This document shows, piece by piece, positions 34,857 through 44,838 of a stretch of 64,000 nucleotides of DNA. The notes beneath the pieces were generated by a model. That model was not told the origin of the DNA. It ran no database searches and saw only the letters and a list, made by a program, of their open reading frames with translations. The translations under genes were made by a program, and so were the position numbers. Position 1 is the stretch's first letter. Each line of letters starts with the position of its first letter. Origin of the DNA: a virus; the IMG/VR virus record IMGVR_UViG_3300017792_000017, positions 80,969-144,968 of that record; one strand, 5' to 3'.

Positions 34857-37800
34857 TATGCCCTTCCGCTTCGCTACTTATGTTAGCACTATTCACTTTT
34901 ATAGTTTTAATGTGCTGACCGTTAGACGTATTGTGCAGGGCAAATGAACCATCATCCAACTTCTTGATACCTATTGAGCCTTGGATAATACCATCATATT
35001 CGCTTGACTTTAGACCTAGCAGACTCTTGATAGGACGTTCAAACACTGGGTTTGGAAGAGCTTCAGCTAGTTCGTAGTGAGTCCAGTTCTTACCCTTCAA
35101 TCCACCAGTTGTACCTGGGTCATAAAGACCACCTTTTTCAGGCTCAAGGTTCTTGGCACTTAGAAGTTCAGGTGACTTAATTACACCATTTGACATTCCG
35201 ATAATATCTTGATCGGTAAGCGGTGACGCTGTAAGCTTTCCGTTATCAATACTTGTCTTAATACCTGCACCTTTAAGATAATCGAGAAACTTCTCGGTAG
35301 CAAAGGTCATACGTGGCTTTGGAAGAGCCTGACCGAACTTAAATTTCGTCCAGTATTCTGAGTTTTCCTGAGACTTAAGCGTTGCAATTTCTTTAAGGTT
35401 CTTACGAGCATTAGAGCCAAGAAGACCAAGCATTTCCATGTAGCCAACTGATTTAGAACCTTCTTCACCGCCCTTGGTAGGTTGCAGTACGTTATCGTAG
35501 CCACCCGTATTCCGAGCAGACCAGTTTTGGTCAGTAGTTTTGTACAACTTCAGAAAGTACTGAGGGCCTGTAAGAATCTTGCCAAGGTCTTTACCAGTCT
35601 TCGGATCAACCATCATGTCAGTATCACTTACGCCTGCTGCATCTAGTTCTCTCTTTAGATCAGAAACGTTACTGTTCTTGCTGAAGTTGTGAACCATGTA
35701 TGTCTTGCCAGTAACTTTAGCAAGTTTACCAGCAGCAGTTTCCATTAGCTGTCCAAGGTTAATACGAGAAGTAACAGAAGCAGGGTTCAAAAGAATATCA
35801 ACTGGTTGACCAGATTCTTTCTTATAAGGCATTTCATTGTCATTAAGAATCTTTGAAACGATACCTTTATTACCGTGCAGGCCTGTCAGCTTATCTCCAA
35901 TTTCAAGAGGTTTTACTGAACGCACTAGAAGACGAATATTCTTACCTTCTGTGTGTGCATCAACTACTGTGCCGTTCTCTTCGTGGGTCCATAGTTCTGA
36001 AGCAATACGGAATGGATTAACGAGTGACTTGTGAAGCCGAGCCAACATTCTGTCTTCAGAAGTAGGTTCACGTTTTTCAAGTACAGCATATACCGGATCG
36101 CCATGATTAAGAACTGCACCAACCTTAGCAAAACCACGTTCATCCAATTTTTCAAGCTGTTCTTTCGTGAACTTGCCAGAAAAGTGTCTTACCAGCAGAG
36201 TCTTGCTCATAGTAGAGATTGGCTGTACAGAGTAGTCAACCTTATAAGCGTGATGGCTGCTAAGACTATCGGCACATGAACGGCTAATAACCAAGCCGTC
36301 TTCGTGGTTGTAGCCTTTATATGGCATGTACGCTACTTCAAGGTTCTTACCAAGAGCCAACTCTCCGTCAACCGTATAGTTGTTATCAGAGATAGGCTGG
36401 CCTTCCTTCACTTTGTCACCGACCTTAACGAGAGGTTTTTCATCATCAAGGAAACCCTTCATGTTGAATGGAAGATTCTTAACGAGGTCTACTTTGTGAG
36501 TCCTACCATCATCGTCTTTAATATGAATCTGTGACTTAGTGATGTGCGAAATGCTTCCTGCAACAGGAGAAACAGTGCTAATAACGTTGCCGATAGCTTT
36601 TGAAAAACTTACGCCTTGACCATTTACTGTCTGTACAAGTGGCTTTTCACGTTCTACAAGTGACAGTGCCTGAGGAATAGCTTTACCGGCCATCGTTAGA
36701 CGACCTGGGTGATTACTGTTCAGGAACGGCACGAGGTTAGTCGTAATAGTGTACATGTCAGTTGTATCTGCCAGCCAGTAATCAACTTGGCTTACTGGAA
36801 CTTCTTTAAGTGCACCACGAACCTGAGCTTGCACAGTCTTCTTCCCTTCTTGATGTGGGAAACCAATTGTGCTTGTCATCATTTCTTGGACTGACAAATA
36901 GTGTTGCTTGCCCTGTTTATCAAGAACTCGTGAATAGAGATTACCACTATCATCACGACGAGCAGAAATAGTGAAACGTTGGTCAATACCAGCGTGACCA
37001 GATTCAGGAGTACGACTCGGATCGATAATGCCAAGGTGTGACGGATCGATGTCTCGTGCTGACATAGGTACGCCACGGTCTGAAGCAATACCGCCTTCAC
37101 CTGCACCTAATACAGTGACCTTTCCAACGCTTTCCAGACTCTCTAGCGGGTTCGTTTCCGAAGGGGTAGATACCAGGTTAGAGTCGATGATGTAGCCCGT
37201 CATAACCTTGTTAAAGGGCTTGCTGACCACTACGTCACGTACAGACGGATTCTTAGTCTTGTCTAGTCCAGCTAACAGCTTACGACGAATGCTTGGAAGC
37301 ATTTCGTGCTTGCTGAAACGAGTACGGATGAAATCAGGCAGATTCTGAACACGCTTAAATTGCAGAGAATCTCGATTATCTTCCTCACGGTCACCTGAGT
37401 GAACCTGTACAAGATTACGCATTGCACGGAGAATGGTTTCTGAATTTACAGCACCAAGTGACTTACCAAGCGTAACCAGAGTTGTCTGAGGAGAAAGTGA
37501 TGATGCCTCCATTGATTCACGGAGTTGCATGATCTTTTCTTCAAGACTTGCAGTAGGCTTTTGCTTACCAGTAGATACAAGTTTGGCGTATAGATCGTTA
37601 ATGATCTTTTGTTCTTTACCTGCTGAAGAAGCTAGATTAGCTTCCCAAACCTGAGTAGGTACGTATTGACTTACTTCTTTTGGGCCAATGCCAAAAACTC
37701 TTGAAACCAGAGGTCCAAGAGGAATACTTGAAGACGAGCTTGCAGGATGAACTGAAAACTGGAATGTCTGTGGATCAAGCGTAATTGAGAAGCTTCGACC

Positions 37801-38238
37801 AGAACCAGTGTTGAAGTGGGATTCTAGTTCACCAGTTTCCTTACTACGAGTGTAAACACCAGGATTAAGCTGGAGCTGGTTAGCAACTGAGTAGTTATTA
37901 CCCTTGTAAAGCATTGTGTGCTTTGGAGTAATGTGGAATGCATCCATCAGTGAGAAGTTCTTATTCTCATCAATAACTTTACCAGTAACTTTGTCAATAA
38001 GCTTAATGTGGCCCTTGATTGGATATGCAAGAGACTTTGACTTAAGAATTGCATCCTTTTCGTCAAGGTGAGTGAATTCCTTAGGCTCTGTACGAAGATC
38101 CTCAAGAGTAAGAATGTAGTTCTTACCCTCGATAGGGAATTGAGAAGCGATGCCCTGCATTAAGGAAGCGTCAACTCTTGTGCGCATTTCCTTAGGTGAT
38201 GAAAAGATAAGTTGTAAATTATCGGCTGGTGTCGGCAT
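34837..38238 (-). CDS. RNA polymerase beta subunit fused to the beta-prime N-terminal segment
   Basis: RTPESGHAG, GELALGKN, GYNHEDG, GDKLTGLHGNKGIVS, SRINLGQ; then PEKGGLYD and HYELA (beta-prime N-terminus). Confidence 0.93.
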   Translation of the reverse strand: MPTPADNLQLIFSSPKEMRTRVDASLMQGIASQFPIEGKNYILTLEDLRTEPKEFTHLDEKDAILKSKSLAYPIKGHIKLIDKVTGKVIDENKNFSLMDAFHITPKHTMLYKGNNYSVANQLQLNPGVYTRSKETGELESHFNTGSGRSFSITLDPQTFQFSVHPASSSSSIPLGPLVSRVFGIGPKEVSQYVPTQVWEANLASSAGKEQKIINDLYAKLVSTGKQKPTASLEEKIMQLRESMEASSLSPQTTLVTLGKSLGAVNSETILRAMRNLVQVHSGDREEDNRDSLQFKRVQNLPDFIRTRFSKHEMLPSIRRKLLAGLDKTKNPSVRDVVVSKPFNKVMTGYIIDSNLVSTPSETNPLESLESVGKVTVLGAGEGGIASDRGVPMSARDIDPSHLGIIDPSRTPESGHAGIDQRFTISARRDDSGNLYSRVLDKQGKQHYLSVQEMMTSTIGFPHQEGKKTVQAQVRGALKEVPVSQVDYWLADTTDMYTITTNLVPFLNSNHPGRLTMAGKAIPQALSLVEREKPLVQTVNGQGVSFSKAIGNVISTVSPVAGSISHITKSQIHIKDDDGRTHKVDLVKNLPFNMKGFLDDEKPLVKVGDKVKEGQPISDNNYTVDGELALGKNLEVAYMPYKGYNHEDGLVISRSCADSLSSHHAYKVDYSVQPISTMSKTLLVRHFSGKFTKEQLEKLDERGFAKVGAVLNHGDPVYAVLEKREPTSEDRMLARLHKSLVNPFRIASELWTHEENGTVVDAHTEGKNIRLLVRSVKPLEIGDKLTGLHGNKGIVSKILNDNEMPYKKESGQPVDILLNPASVTSRINLGQLMETAAGKLAKVTGKTYMVHNFSKNSNVSDLKRELDAAGVSDTDMMVDPKTGKDLGKILTGPQYFLKLYKTTDQNWSARNTGGYDNVLQPTKGGEEGSKSVGYMEMLGLLGSNARKNLKEIATLKSQENSEYWTKFKFGQALPKPRMTFATEKFLDYLKGAGIKTSIDNGKLTASPLTDQDIIGMSNGVIKSPELLSAKNLEPEKGGLYDPGTTGGLKGKNWTHYELAEALPNPVFERPIKSLLGLKSSEYDGIIQGSIGIKKLDDGSFALHNTSNGQHIKTIKVNSANISSEAEGHNDHESQ

Positions 38239-38515
38239 CTCGTGTCTCTAATTCCAGGTAGCTTACTACCATATAGTATTTATCCATGAAGGTGAATTTA
38301 TCCTTCGTCAGGATAATAACCCCTTGTCCCTTAACTGCTTTTGTTTCAATGATTTCAAGCTCTGCTCTTGAGCCTGGGTCCATAATATCTATTTGAGCGT
38401 ATCTAACTCTGTAGTTATTAAAATCACCTTCATCAACCTGTTTCGGGCCGAAGCCCGGAAACGTAATTGGTTCAGAAGGACTGAGTCCATTTGTAACGCC
38501 GTCTTTTGAAGCCAT
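38219..38515 (-). CDS. hypothetical protein coupled to the RNAP beta gene
   Basis: RBS AAGGA; overlaps the beta start. Confidence 0.6.
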   Translation of the reverse strand: MASKDGVTNGLSPSEPITFPGFGPKQVDEGDFNNYRVRYAQIDIMDPGSRAELEIIETKAVKGQGVIILTKDKFTFMDKYYMVVSYLELETRDADTSR

Positions 38516-38528
38516 TTATTATCCTTTC

Positions 38529-40427
38529 TTACTGTTGTTCAGCAGGGCCGCTAGAAGTATCGTTTTGCTTCTCTTCTCCAGATCCATTTTGATGTTCTGG
38601 ACTACCGGCCCCATTTGTTGGTTCGTCAGCAGCCTTTTCTTCTCCGCCTGGCCCGGCCGGTGCTTGCTGACCCGGTTGTCCTGGAATCGGTTTACCATCC
38701 GGTCCAACCTGTTGCATAGCCATTTGGGCCTGCTGATTTTCTGCGTACTCTTCAAGAAGTTTAGCGACGAGCATGAACATCGCATAATCTTCTAATTTTA
38801 GACGGTTAAGTATAGCACGTTTCGTACCATCGTCAGCAGTATAAAGCTGTTCAGCAATTTGCTGAGCCTTAGCTAGAGCTGTTTTATAGTCGTTGTTACG
38901 GTCAAACGAATCCCCAGTTTCACGAGCAGCCAAGTACGTGCTTTGATCAACTTCGAGCTTCGTCTTAACTTCGCTAACAGCACGAGAAATAGCATCTTCA
39001 CGCATCTTGTCAAGCTCTTCGCCAAAGTTCATACCGAAGGATTCGTACAGGCTTGACAGTGAACCATTGTTTGACTGAACTGCTTGGATAAGCATTTGTT
39101 GTAGATTCAGGTCGTCAGTTAGCTTGAACGGTGCAAGATCAACATCACAAGTCTCAAGGTTCAGGTACTTTGATACACGAGCCATGATCCAAGTAATAAG
39201 ATCGGCAATCTGACCGGTATAGCAAAGCATAGTATTTTCTAACAGACGAAGTCCAGTCGTTGAACTAGTCCAGTTAGTCGTACCTGCAAGCAACTCTCTC
39301 GAAACGCCAAGAGCCAGAAGAATTGAATCTTCAGCTTGTTGGATTTCAGAAGCTACGAGAAGACTCTTGCCTTCACCGCTAATAGCTTGGTAACCGATAG
39401 GTACTGGCGCAACTACAACGTGGTTATTGTCTTGCTTATGCTTGACCAAATTAGCCTGCATACGTTCTACGAAGTTACGTAGACTGATCTGTGACACAGG
39501 ATCGCTGTTAGCTGTCTGAGCTTGCGGGAAAATCACACGAAGCGGAGACATAAAGTCAGTAGCTACAGACTCGTTTGCTTTACGAAGCGTTGCCTGATAG
39601 AAAACAAGGTAGAATAGTGAAATAAGCGGAGGTACGGCAACGCCATTAATCTGTTGGCCTGCGGATAGATTCTGCAAGTGGAACAGATTATTCTTATCGA
39701 ACTTGAAGTCTTGGTTATTCTTTACAGCTTCAATAAATCCCCACGGAACACTGTTCACGAATAGCTTATCCCCTTCACGAACTTTACGTTTAACGTCGTT
39801 TGGAATCTTGTAGAAGTATTCGTATTCGCCAGTGATAGGGTTGAAGTTAACGTTGATATTGATCGGATCCCATTGAATCAGATTCATATCTTCCACGTTC
39901 ATTGACTTAGCGTCTCTACGTGTAAACGTAACGCCTTTGGCATCACAGTGAGGGCAGTTACCTACGAATTCGTAGTTTTTGAACTGTGTGAACTCTGCAG
40001 CTTTAGCAGAGGTATTACCATTACAAAGTGGGCAGTGCAGCGTACGGTGAATAGGAAAATAGATAGAGATAAATACGTTACCTACTGTGTAATACTCGAA
40101 GCCAATATTGTGAAGCGCTGATTTAAGCTTGAAACTCTTGAATACTTCTTCGTACTTGCGTTTCGTAGCATCTGATTTTGTACGTACTACAAATTCAGTA
40201 ATAGGATACGTTGCAAATTTACGGATGACCTCAGTCGTCACCGGTGATTGAACGGTGATGTACTTAGCCCATCTGATTACATCGTGAAGATTTCTCGGTA
40301 AGAATTGATTCGAGACCGAGAACCAAGGACTCCCTGCAGTTGCAAAATTGCCTGCTCCCGGCAGCTGACCGGAAGTTCCTGGAATAGGAGGAGGTTGGTA
40401 TGGTACGTAAAAGCCGTTATTTGACAT
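38529..40427 (-). CDS. portal protein (putative) with Zn-ribbon insertion
   Basis: 632 aa; portal-like layout (NLFHL, ILLALGVSRELL, acidic tail); CPLC/CPHC; late promoter at 40454. Confidence 0.65.
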   Translation of the reverse strand: MSNNGFYVPYQPPPIPGTSGQLPGAGNFATAGSPWFSVSNQFLPRNLHDVIRWAKYITVQSPVTTEVIRKFATYPITEFVVRTKSDATKRKYEEVFKSFKLKSALHNIGFEYYTVGNVFISIYFPIHRTLHCPLCNGNTSAKAAEFTQFKNYEFVGNCPHCDAKGVTFTRRDAKSMNVEDMNLIQWDPININVNFNPITGEYEYFYKIPNDVKRKVREGDKLFVNSVPWGFIEAVKNNQDFKFDKNNLFHLQNLSAGQQINGVAVPPLISLFYLVFYQATLRKANESVATDFMSPLRVIFPQAQTANSDPVSQISLRNFVERMQANLVKHKQDNNHVVVAPVPIGYQAISGEGKSLLVASEIQQAEDSILLALGVSRELLAGTTNWTSSTTGLRLLENTMLCYTGQIADLITWIMARVSKYLNLETCDVDLAPFKLTDDLNLQQMLIQAVQSNNGSLSSLYESFGMNFGEELDKMREDAISRAVSEVKTKLEVDQSTYLAARETGDSFDRNNDYKTALAKAQQIAEQLYTADDGTKRAILNRLKLEDYAMFMLVAKLLEEYAENQQAQMAMQQVGPDGKPIPGQPGQQAPAGPGGEEKAADEPTNGAGSPEHQNGSGEEKQNDTSSGPAEQQ

Positions 40428-40514
40428 GTCTTGGCCAGATTAATAGATAACCGTATTTTAAACTGACCCCTGATCCAAGTCAAATGGTAAAAATTCAATT
40501 TTCCGGGGTCACTC

Positions 40515-40605
40515 TTGGTATAAGTAAAGTACCGGGAAACAGTATCGTTTTGATTAGTCGAACGATATTCAATTTTCAGGGTCGCAGCTTGGTATAAGTG
40601 CTGTG
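40515..40605 (+). promoter_or_regulatory. tandem early promoters (40515 and 40589)
   Basis: Two TTGGTATAAG-N5-TR copies, both preceded by ATTTTC.GGGTC. Confidence 0.75.
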
Positions 40606-40657
40606 TAATAATATTGTAGTTTCCTCCCGAAATCAAAATCCTTTAAGGAGCAACATC

Positions 40658-41032
40658 ATGACGACGCAAAAACCGGAAGCAGGCAAGAACGAAGCAGGCA
40701 AGAACGAAGAAACGCTGTCGAACGACGAGCTTCGCCAGGCTCGTGAACGCTCGGAAGAGCTGGAAGCAGAGAACCGCCGTCTCAAGTCGGAAGCGCTCCG
40801 TGCCAAGAAGGCAGCCGGTCGCTACGAAGATGCTGCGGCGATCATCGAAGGCGAAAGCCGCGTCGGTGCATTCTTCCGCCACATGAACCGCTCGGTTCTG
40901 GCAGCAGGAAGCATCGTCGTCGGAGCTGCTCTCGGCGTCGGTGGTACGGTGCTGGTGCAAAGCCGCATGAACCGCACGGTCGTCGGTACCACGGGTTCGG
41001 ACAATCCCGAATTCCACGTCACGGCAGAGTAA
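40658..41032 (+). CDS. early coiled-coil protein with C-terminal Gly-rich TM segment
   Basis: TAAGGAG RBS; EAGKN duplicated; GC-rich codons. Confidence 0.7.
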   Translation: MTTQKPEAGKNEAGKNEETLSNDELRQARERSEELEAENRRLKSEALRAKKAAGRYEDAAAIIEGESRVGAFFRHMNRSVLAAGSIVVGAALGVGGTVLVQSRMNRTVVGTTGSDNPEFHVTAE

Positions 41033-41129
41033 GCTGTGCAGGGGCACTGGAGAAATCCAGTCCCCACTCTTCACCTAGAAAACCGGGACCTCGCCCGGTT
41101 TTTTTAGTTTCCTGAAATAGGGTCAATTA

Positions 41130-41146
41130 TTGGTATAAGTATATTG
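41130..41146 (+). promoter_or_regulatory. early promoter
   Basis: TTGGTATAAG-TATAT-TG. Confidence 0.75.
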
Positions 41147-41249
41147 TAGTAAAAAGTATCACCACTAAAAACGAATAAAACTTTACTTTTAAAGGCTAGG
41201 AGCCAACGTCAACTATCTGCTTGATGCCTCACTTAATTAGGAGTTAGTC

Positions 41250-41414
41250 ATGTCCCAATACAAGCCCCGAACCACAGATAAAGAGGCACAGTCATCGAGA
41301 ATCATCGGCGGCGTCTTCAAGGAAATCGTTCATTCTGCGGGCGTAGTCGTCGGCGGTCTTTTGATCTCTGTGTTACTTGTCTCCCAGGAAGGGCGTACCT
41401 TGAGACACCACTAA
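41250..41414 (+). CDS. 54-aa single-TM early protein
   Basis: AGGAG RBS; AGVVVGGLLISVLLV; missed by the ORF track. Confidence 0.6.
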   Translation: MSQYKPRTTDKEAQSSRIIGGVFKEIVHSAGVVVGGLLISVLLVSQEGRTLRHH

Positions 41415-41524
41415 TAATTTCAGTCAGACCAAAAAAGGAACAGGAGTTAAAAACAAACCTTCTGTTTTGAAGTTTTACAACGGGCGTTGTTAGTATTAAG
41501 TGCTGTTTAATTTTGGAGTTTCAA

Positions 41525-41746
41525 ATGGCATACGAAAAGAGACCATACGATCCGGACCTGGATCTGGATAACGGGGAACTGGACGCTGAGAAGATTGCGG
41601 GAGGTTTTCTCAAGGGCATTCTCAAGGTTGCAGGCTTTGCGCTGATGGCGGTCATTGCCGGATACAGTGCTGGCGTTGCCCAAGAGAACTACCGTGCATC
41701 GCGTGAGCGGTCCAGTGGCGGCAGTTCGGCTAGTGCACATAGGTAG
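41525..41746 (+). CDS. single-TM early protein
   Basis: GGAG RBS; hydrophobic segment. Confidence 0.6.
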   Translation: MAYEKRPYDPDLDLDNGELDAEKIAGGFLKGILKVAGFALMAVIAGYSAGVAQENYRASRERSSGGSSASAHR

Positions 41747-41763
41747 AAGATACCCTGACATAT

Positions 41764-42453
41764 ATGAAGAACAGGAACTCGAAGACTAACAAAACGAGGC
41801 CGACTATGTCAGGGGTTACAAATCAATCTCATGATTGGCAAGATCAGCTTCTGGAAGTGGGAAGCATCCTTGGCAATAGGGATCGAGATGCAATCGGAGG
41901 GTACGTCTCCAATCGTTACGTACGCGGTAAGGTCAAAAAACTCCAAGAATCTGATCCATTCGAAGGAGTAGTTTTCTCTGGTGTAAACGGTAGTGAAAAA
42001 GCGTTAACCAATGTAGATAACCTAGACGATGTCATACACGAGGCGGGGAATCACCCGGGAGACATCGGTAGTGAAGAAGTTATAGGTTCAGAAGTTGGCC
42101 AGCTTCAGGTTATTTACAGCGAAGAAAATGGTGAAGAGGCGTCTATGAGTTTAAAGAGAGAAGACCCATTTCTGCCGGTCGGCAGTAATGCACAAGAAAC
42201 CAATGATAACCCAAAGGGATATGGCAGCGGCAAACGCAAGGCCGCACATGGCGATGACGATCATAGGGAAGAGGACACGAGGACCGATGAAGAAAAAGCC
42301 GACGATGACCGCAAGCATAGAAACAACGAGCGCGTCAAAAAAGGCATCATCTGGGGTCTCTTGGGTGCAGCTACTCTCGCAGTACTTGGCGGGGGCATTG
42401 CGGTTGGTTCCAGCTTGCTTGGAAACAACAAATCCAATATCATGAACCTCTAA
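41764..42453 (+). CDS. acidic disordered protein with C-terminal TM anchor
   Basis: IIWGLLGAATLAVLGGGIAVG. Confidence 0.6.
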   Translation: MKNRNSKTNKTRPTMSGVTNQSHDWQDQLLEVGSILGNRDRDAIGGYVSNRYVRGKVKKLQESDPFEGVVFSGVNGSEKALTNVDNLDDVIHEAGNHPGDIGSEEVIGSEVGQLQVIYSEENGEEASMSLKREDPFLPVGSNAQETNDNPKGYGSGKRKAAHGDDDHREEDTRTDEEKADDDRKHRNNERVKKGIIWGLLGAATLAVLGGGIAVGSSLLGNNKSNIMNL

Positions 42454-42523
42454 CGCAATTTAATACGAAGGCCCGTAGAAACTGCGGGTCTTCCTTAAAC
42501 TAAGGATATTACAGGACACAATA

Positions 42524-42871
42524 ATGGCATTAGCAGATTTCAGTTTTAAAAATCCACAGATCCTAAATTACTTCAAAGGATCGAATTCATATATTCCCAC
42601 TTCGGAGCTTATTTTTATCCATTCACATCCACTCGTCAAACCTAATTTTTTAGATGAGATGGAAGCAATGATCCTTCGAACAAGTCAACTCATTGATCAA
42701 AAAAGTATTAGGGGCGCAGTGATCGAGAAGCTTGCTAACCTCGCAATGAAATTCGGGGCAGAACTCCCGAACATTAATCAAGAGAACGCCCCGACTATTC
42801 TCTCTCACTTGAGAGAAATCTATAAGCTATGTGATGGTTTATTGAAAAACAACAATATCATGAATACGTAA
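42524..42871 (+). CDS. hypothetical protein
   Basis: AGGA RBS. Confidence 0.55.
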   Translation: MALADFSFKNPQILNYFKGSNSYIPTSELIFIHSHPLVKPNFLDEMEAMILRTSQLIDQKSIRGAVIEKLANLAMKFGAELPNINQENAPTILSHLREIYKLCDGLLKNNNIMNT

Positions 42872-44026
42872 GTTACCAGTGTTGGTATCAGCAGCGTTTG
42901 AGCCAAGTCTATTCAGAGTAACGAATAGCTTCTCTTTGTTGATTACCCACTGGTTATTTACGAAACCTGAAAATGCGGTTGACGGAATAATAGCCGTTGC
43001 AGTTGCATACGTTTGAACTGCGTTTGCAGAAACGTTCATAGCTACTGTTTCAACGCCCGTTGTAGTAAGACCTGAAGTAGTACTGTCACCTACGCCAGTT
43101 GCAAGGTATGAGAGTTGCAGGGCGAAGTTATTGCCAGCAGCGTCTCCTGAGAAAGCAATACGAAGCTTAATAGGAACATACGGATTTGTGTTCTGGCTAC
43201 GAAGTGGAACTGGAACAGCTACACCTTGAGTAGCAGCATTTGCAAAGGTCCAAGCAGGAATACCTGCAACAGTAGTTTGCGTAGCTGAGTTTGACAGAAG
43301 TGCAGCCGCGTCAACTGAAAGATTAATACCTTTAAGGAACGGTGCTGCAGAATTTGCAAATACAGTAGGGTTGGTAATACCGAACGTAGTTACGAACGTA
43401 TACAGGGGAAACCATCCTGCGTCGATAGCCGGTTCAACCTGGGTGCCAGTAGGTGCTTGCGTACCTGCTTTAAGCTGAAGCTTAAGTTCTTTATTCAGAA
43501 GCAAGCAAGGCAAGAACGAATTAGTAGAATCCAGAAACGAAGCTGGAAGACCTGAAGAGGCCATGTTTACAGAAGACAAATCAGAAAACTGAGCTTCTAC
43601 AACATAAGAAATAGATGTGCCTGCGTTCGTAGGTGAAACGAGGTTAAAGCTAACAGGGGCGAATAGAAGTGCCTGCTTAACAATGGTTTGAGCAATGGCG
43701 TCATTCGTTGCCTGAGCTTGGTAAACAGAGCCCGGATTGATCGTAATGATGTTTGAGCCAGGAAAGCTAACTGATAGCCCTGACATAACCATTGAGTTGT
43801 TGGCATTAGAGAACAACTCTTGAAACACAGACGCTAGAGAAAGCTCGTTAATAAGAACAGCACGTCTAGCAGAGTCGCCACCGCCAGAACCGATAGTGGC
43901 AATATTCTGAGCTAGGTCAGTTAGCGGTCTGTTATCAACTGCATAGTGATATGGGTCGAATTGGGTGAAGTAACGCACTGTTGTTAGTGAGTTGCTGTCC
44001 TGAGCGACGAAACCTGGTGTAGACAT
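42839..44026 (-). CDS. virion structural protein (baseplate/fibre-attachment-like)
   Basis: DPYHYAVDNRPL N-terminus; late promoter at 44070-44076. Confidence 0.5.
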   Translation of the reverse strand: MSTPGFVAQDSNSLTTVRYFTQFDPYHYAVDNRPLTDLAQNIATIGSGGGDSARRAVLINELSLASVFQELFSNANNSMVMSGLSVSFPGSNIITINPGSVYQAQATNDAIAQTIVKQALLFAPVSFNLVSPTNAGTSISYVVEAQFSDLSSVNMASSGLPASFLDSTNSFLPCLLLNKELKLQLKAGTQAPTGTQVEPAIDAGWFPLYTFVTTFGITNPTVFANSAAPFLKGINLSVDAAALLSNSATQTTVAGIPAWTFANAATQGVAVPVPLRSQNTNPYVPIKLRIAFSGDAAGNNFALQLSYLATGVGDSTTSGLTTTGVETVAMNVSANAVQTYATATAIIPSTAFSGFVNNQWVINKEKLFVTLNRLGSNAADTNTGNLRIHDIVVFQ

Positions 44027-44101
44027 ATTTGTTGAATTCCGATTGAGTTATGGTACAATATCTATGGCTTATTTTACAGCATTTATTTTTAGGCTTCAAC
44101 T

Positions 44102-44566
44102 ATGAAACTCACAGAAAACGGCATTGTCTACGAATATCATGGAGACACAATCACAAGGCGTTGGCCTTGGAGAAACCGTCACGGATCAAAGTATTACAGT
44201 GACCAATATTCTCTGTACTTCAATAGTTTTAACACTTACTGGAAACATGTTGGCACAGCTCAAGCTGCTCTTATCCAGTCAGAAAGCAAGCTAGAAGGCT
44301 TTTCATACGGCGAAGTTCTAGGTCAGTGGGTTAGAACTCGTTATCCTCATGAGAGCATTGTTGTCCTCAAGGATTTAAATGCTCAAGAGCGTGGACTATC
44401 TTTCTGGGCAAAGATTCCCAAAGAGAAGATCGAACACATTCAGAAGGACATTATAGTACTTCGTTGTGGCAGCAAAGAAAAGGCTTGTGAGATCGTAGAT
44501 TCTATTGAACCCAACTTTGCAGATGCCTTTGCGTTTGCTGGCGGTATTTTAATCAATTACAACTGA
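44102..44566 (+). CDS. hypothetical protein
   Basis: ORF coupled to the next gene. Confidence 0.6.
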   Translation: MKLTENGIVYEYHGDTITRRWPWRNRHGSKYYSDQYSLYFNSFNTYWKHVGTAQAALIQSESKLEGFSYGEVLGQWVRTRYPHESIVVLKDLNAQERGLSFWAKIPKEKIEHIQKDIIVLRCGSKEKACEIVDSIEPNFADAFAFAGGILINYN

Positions 44567-44838
44567 TGAAAGGATATGCATTTTTAGACGTAGATGGTCG
44601 TCTACAGTATCGTATTAAAGAATATATTGATATAGACAATCCATTTTTTTGGCAACAAAACAGATACGACATTCTTCGAAAGTGGCAGTTCGATACCGCA
44701 GACTTTAACTCAATGCTCTTTATGTTTAAACAAATTAGAGACTTGAAGTTAGATGTAAATATGGTAAAGGAATTTTGCACGATGATTGACTTTGATATTG
44801 AGACATTAAAGATTGCTAGTAAGATTCAACCAAAATAA
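44566..44838 (+). CDS. hypothetical protein
   Basis: TGATG coupling. Confidence 0.6.
   Translation: MKGYAFLDVDGRLQYRIKEYIDIDNPFFWQQNRYDILRKWQFDTADFNSMLFMFKQIRDLKLDVNMVKEFCTMIDFDIETLKIASKIQPK

Noticed and set aside
21632-38238. Introns or split inteins joining the RNAP pieces
   Set aside because: No intein terminal motifs or intron cores seen; the intervening DNA holds ordinary genes, and each piece has its own start
42421-42871. Similar C-termini (SNIMNL and NNIMNT) of adjacent genes
   Set aside because: Only a 12-bp match, and the second copy is constrained by an overlapping antisense gene; probably chance
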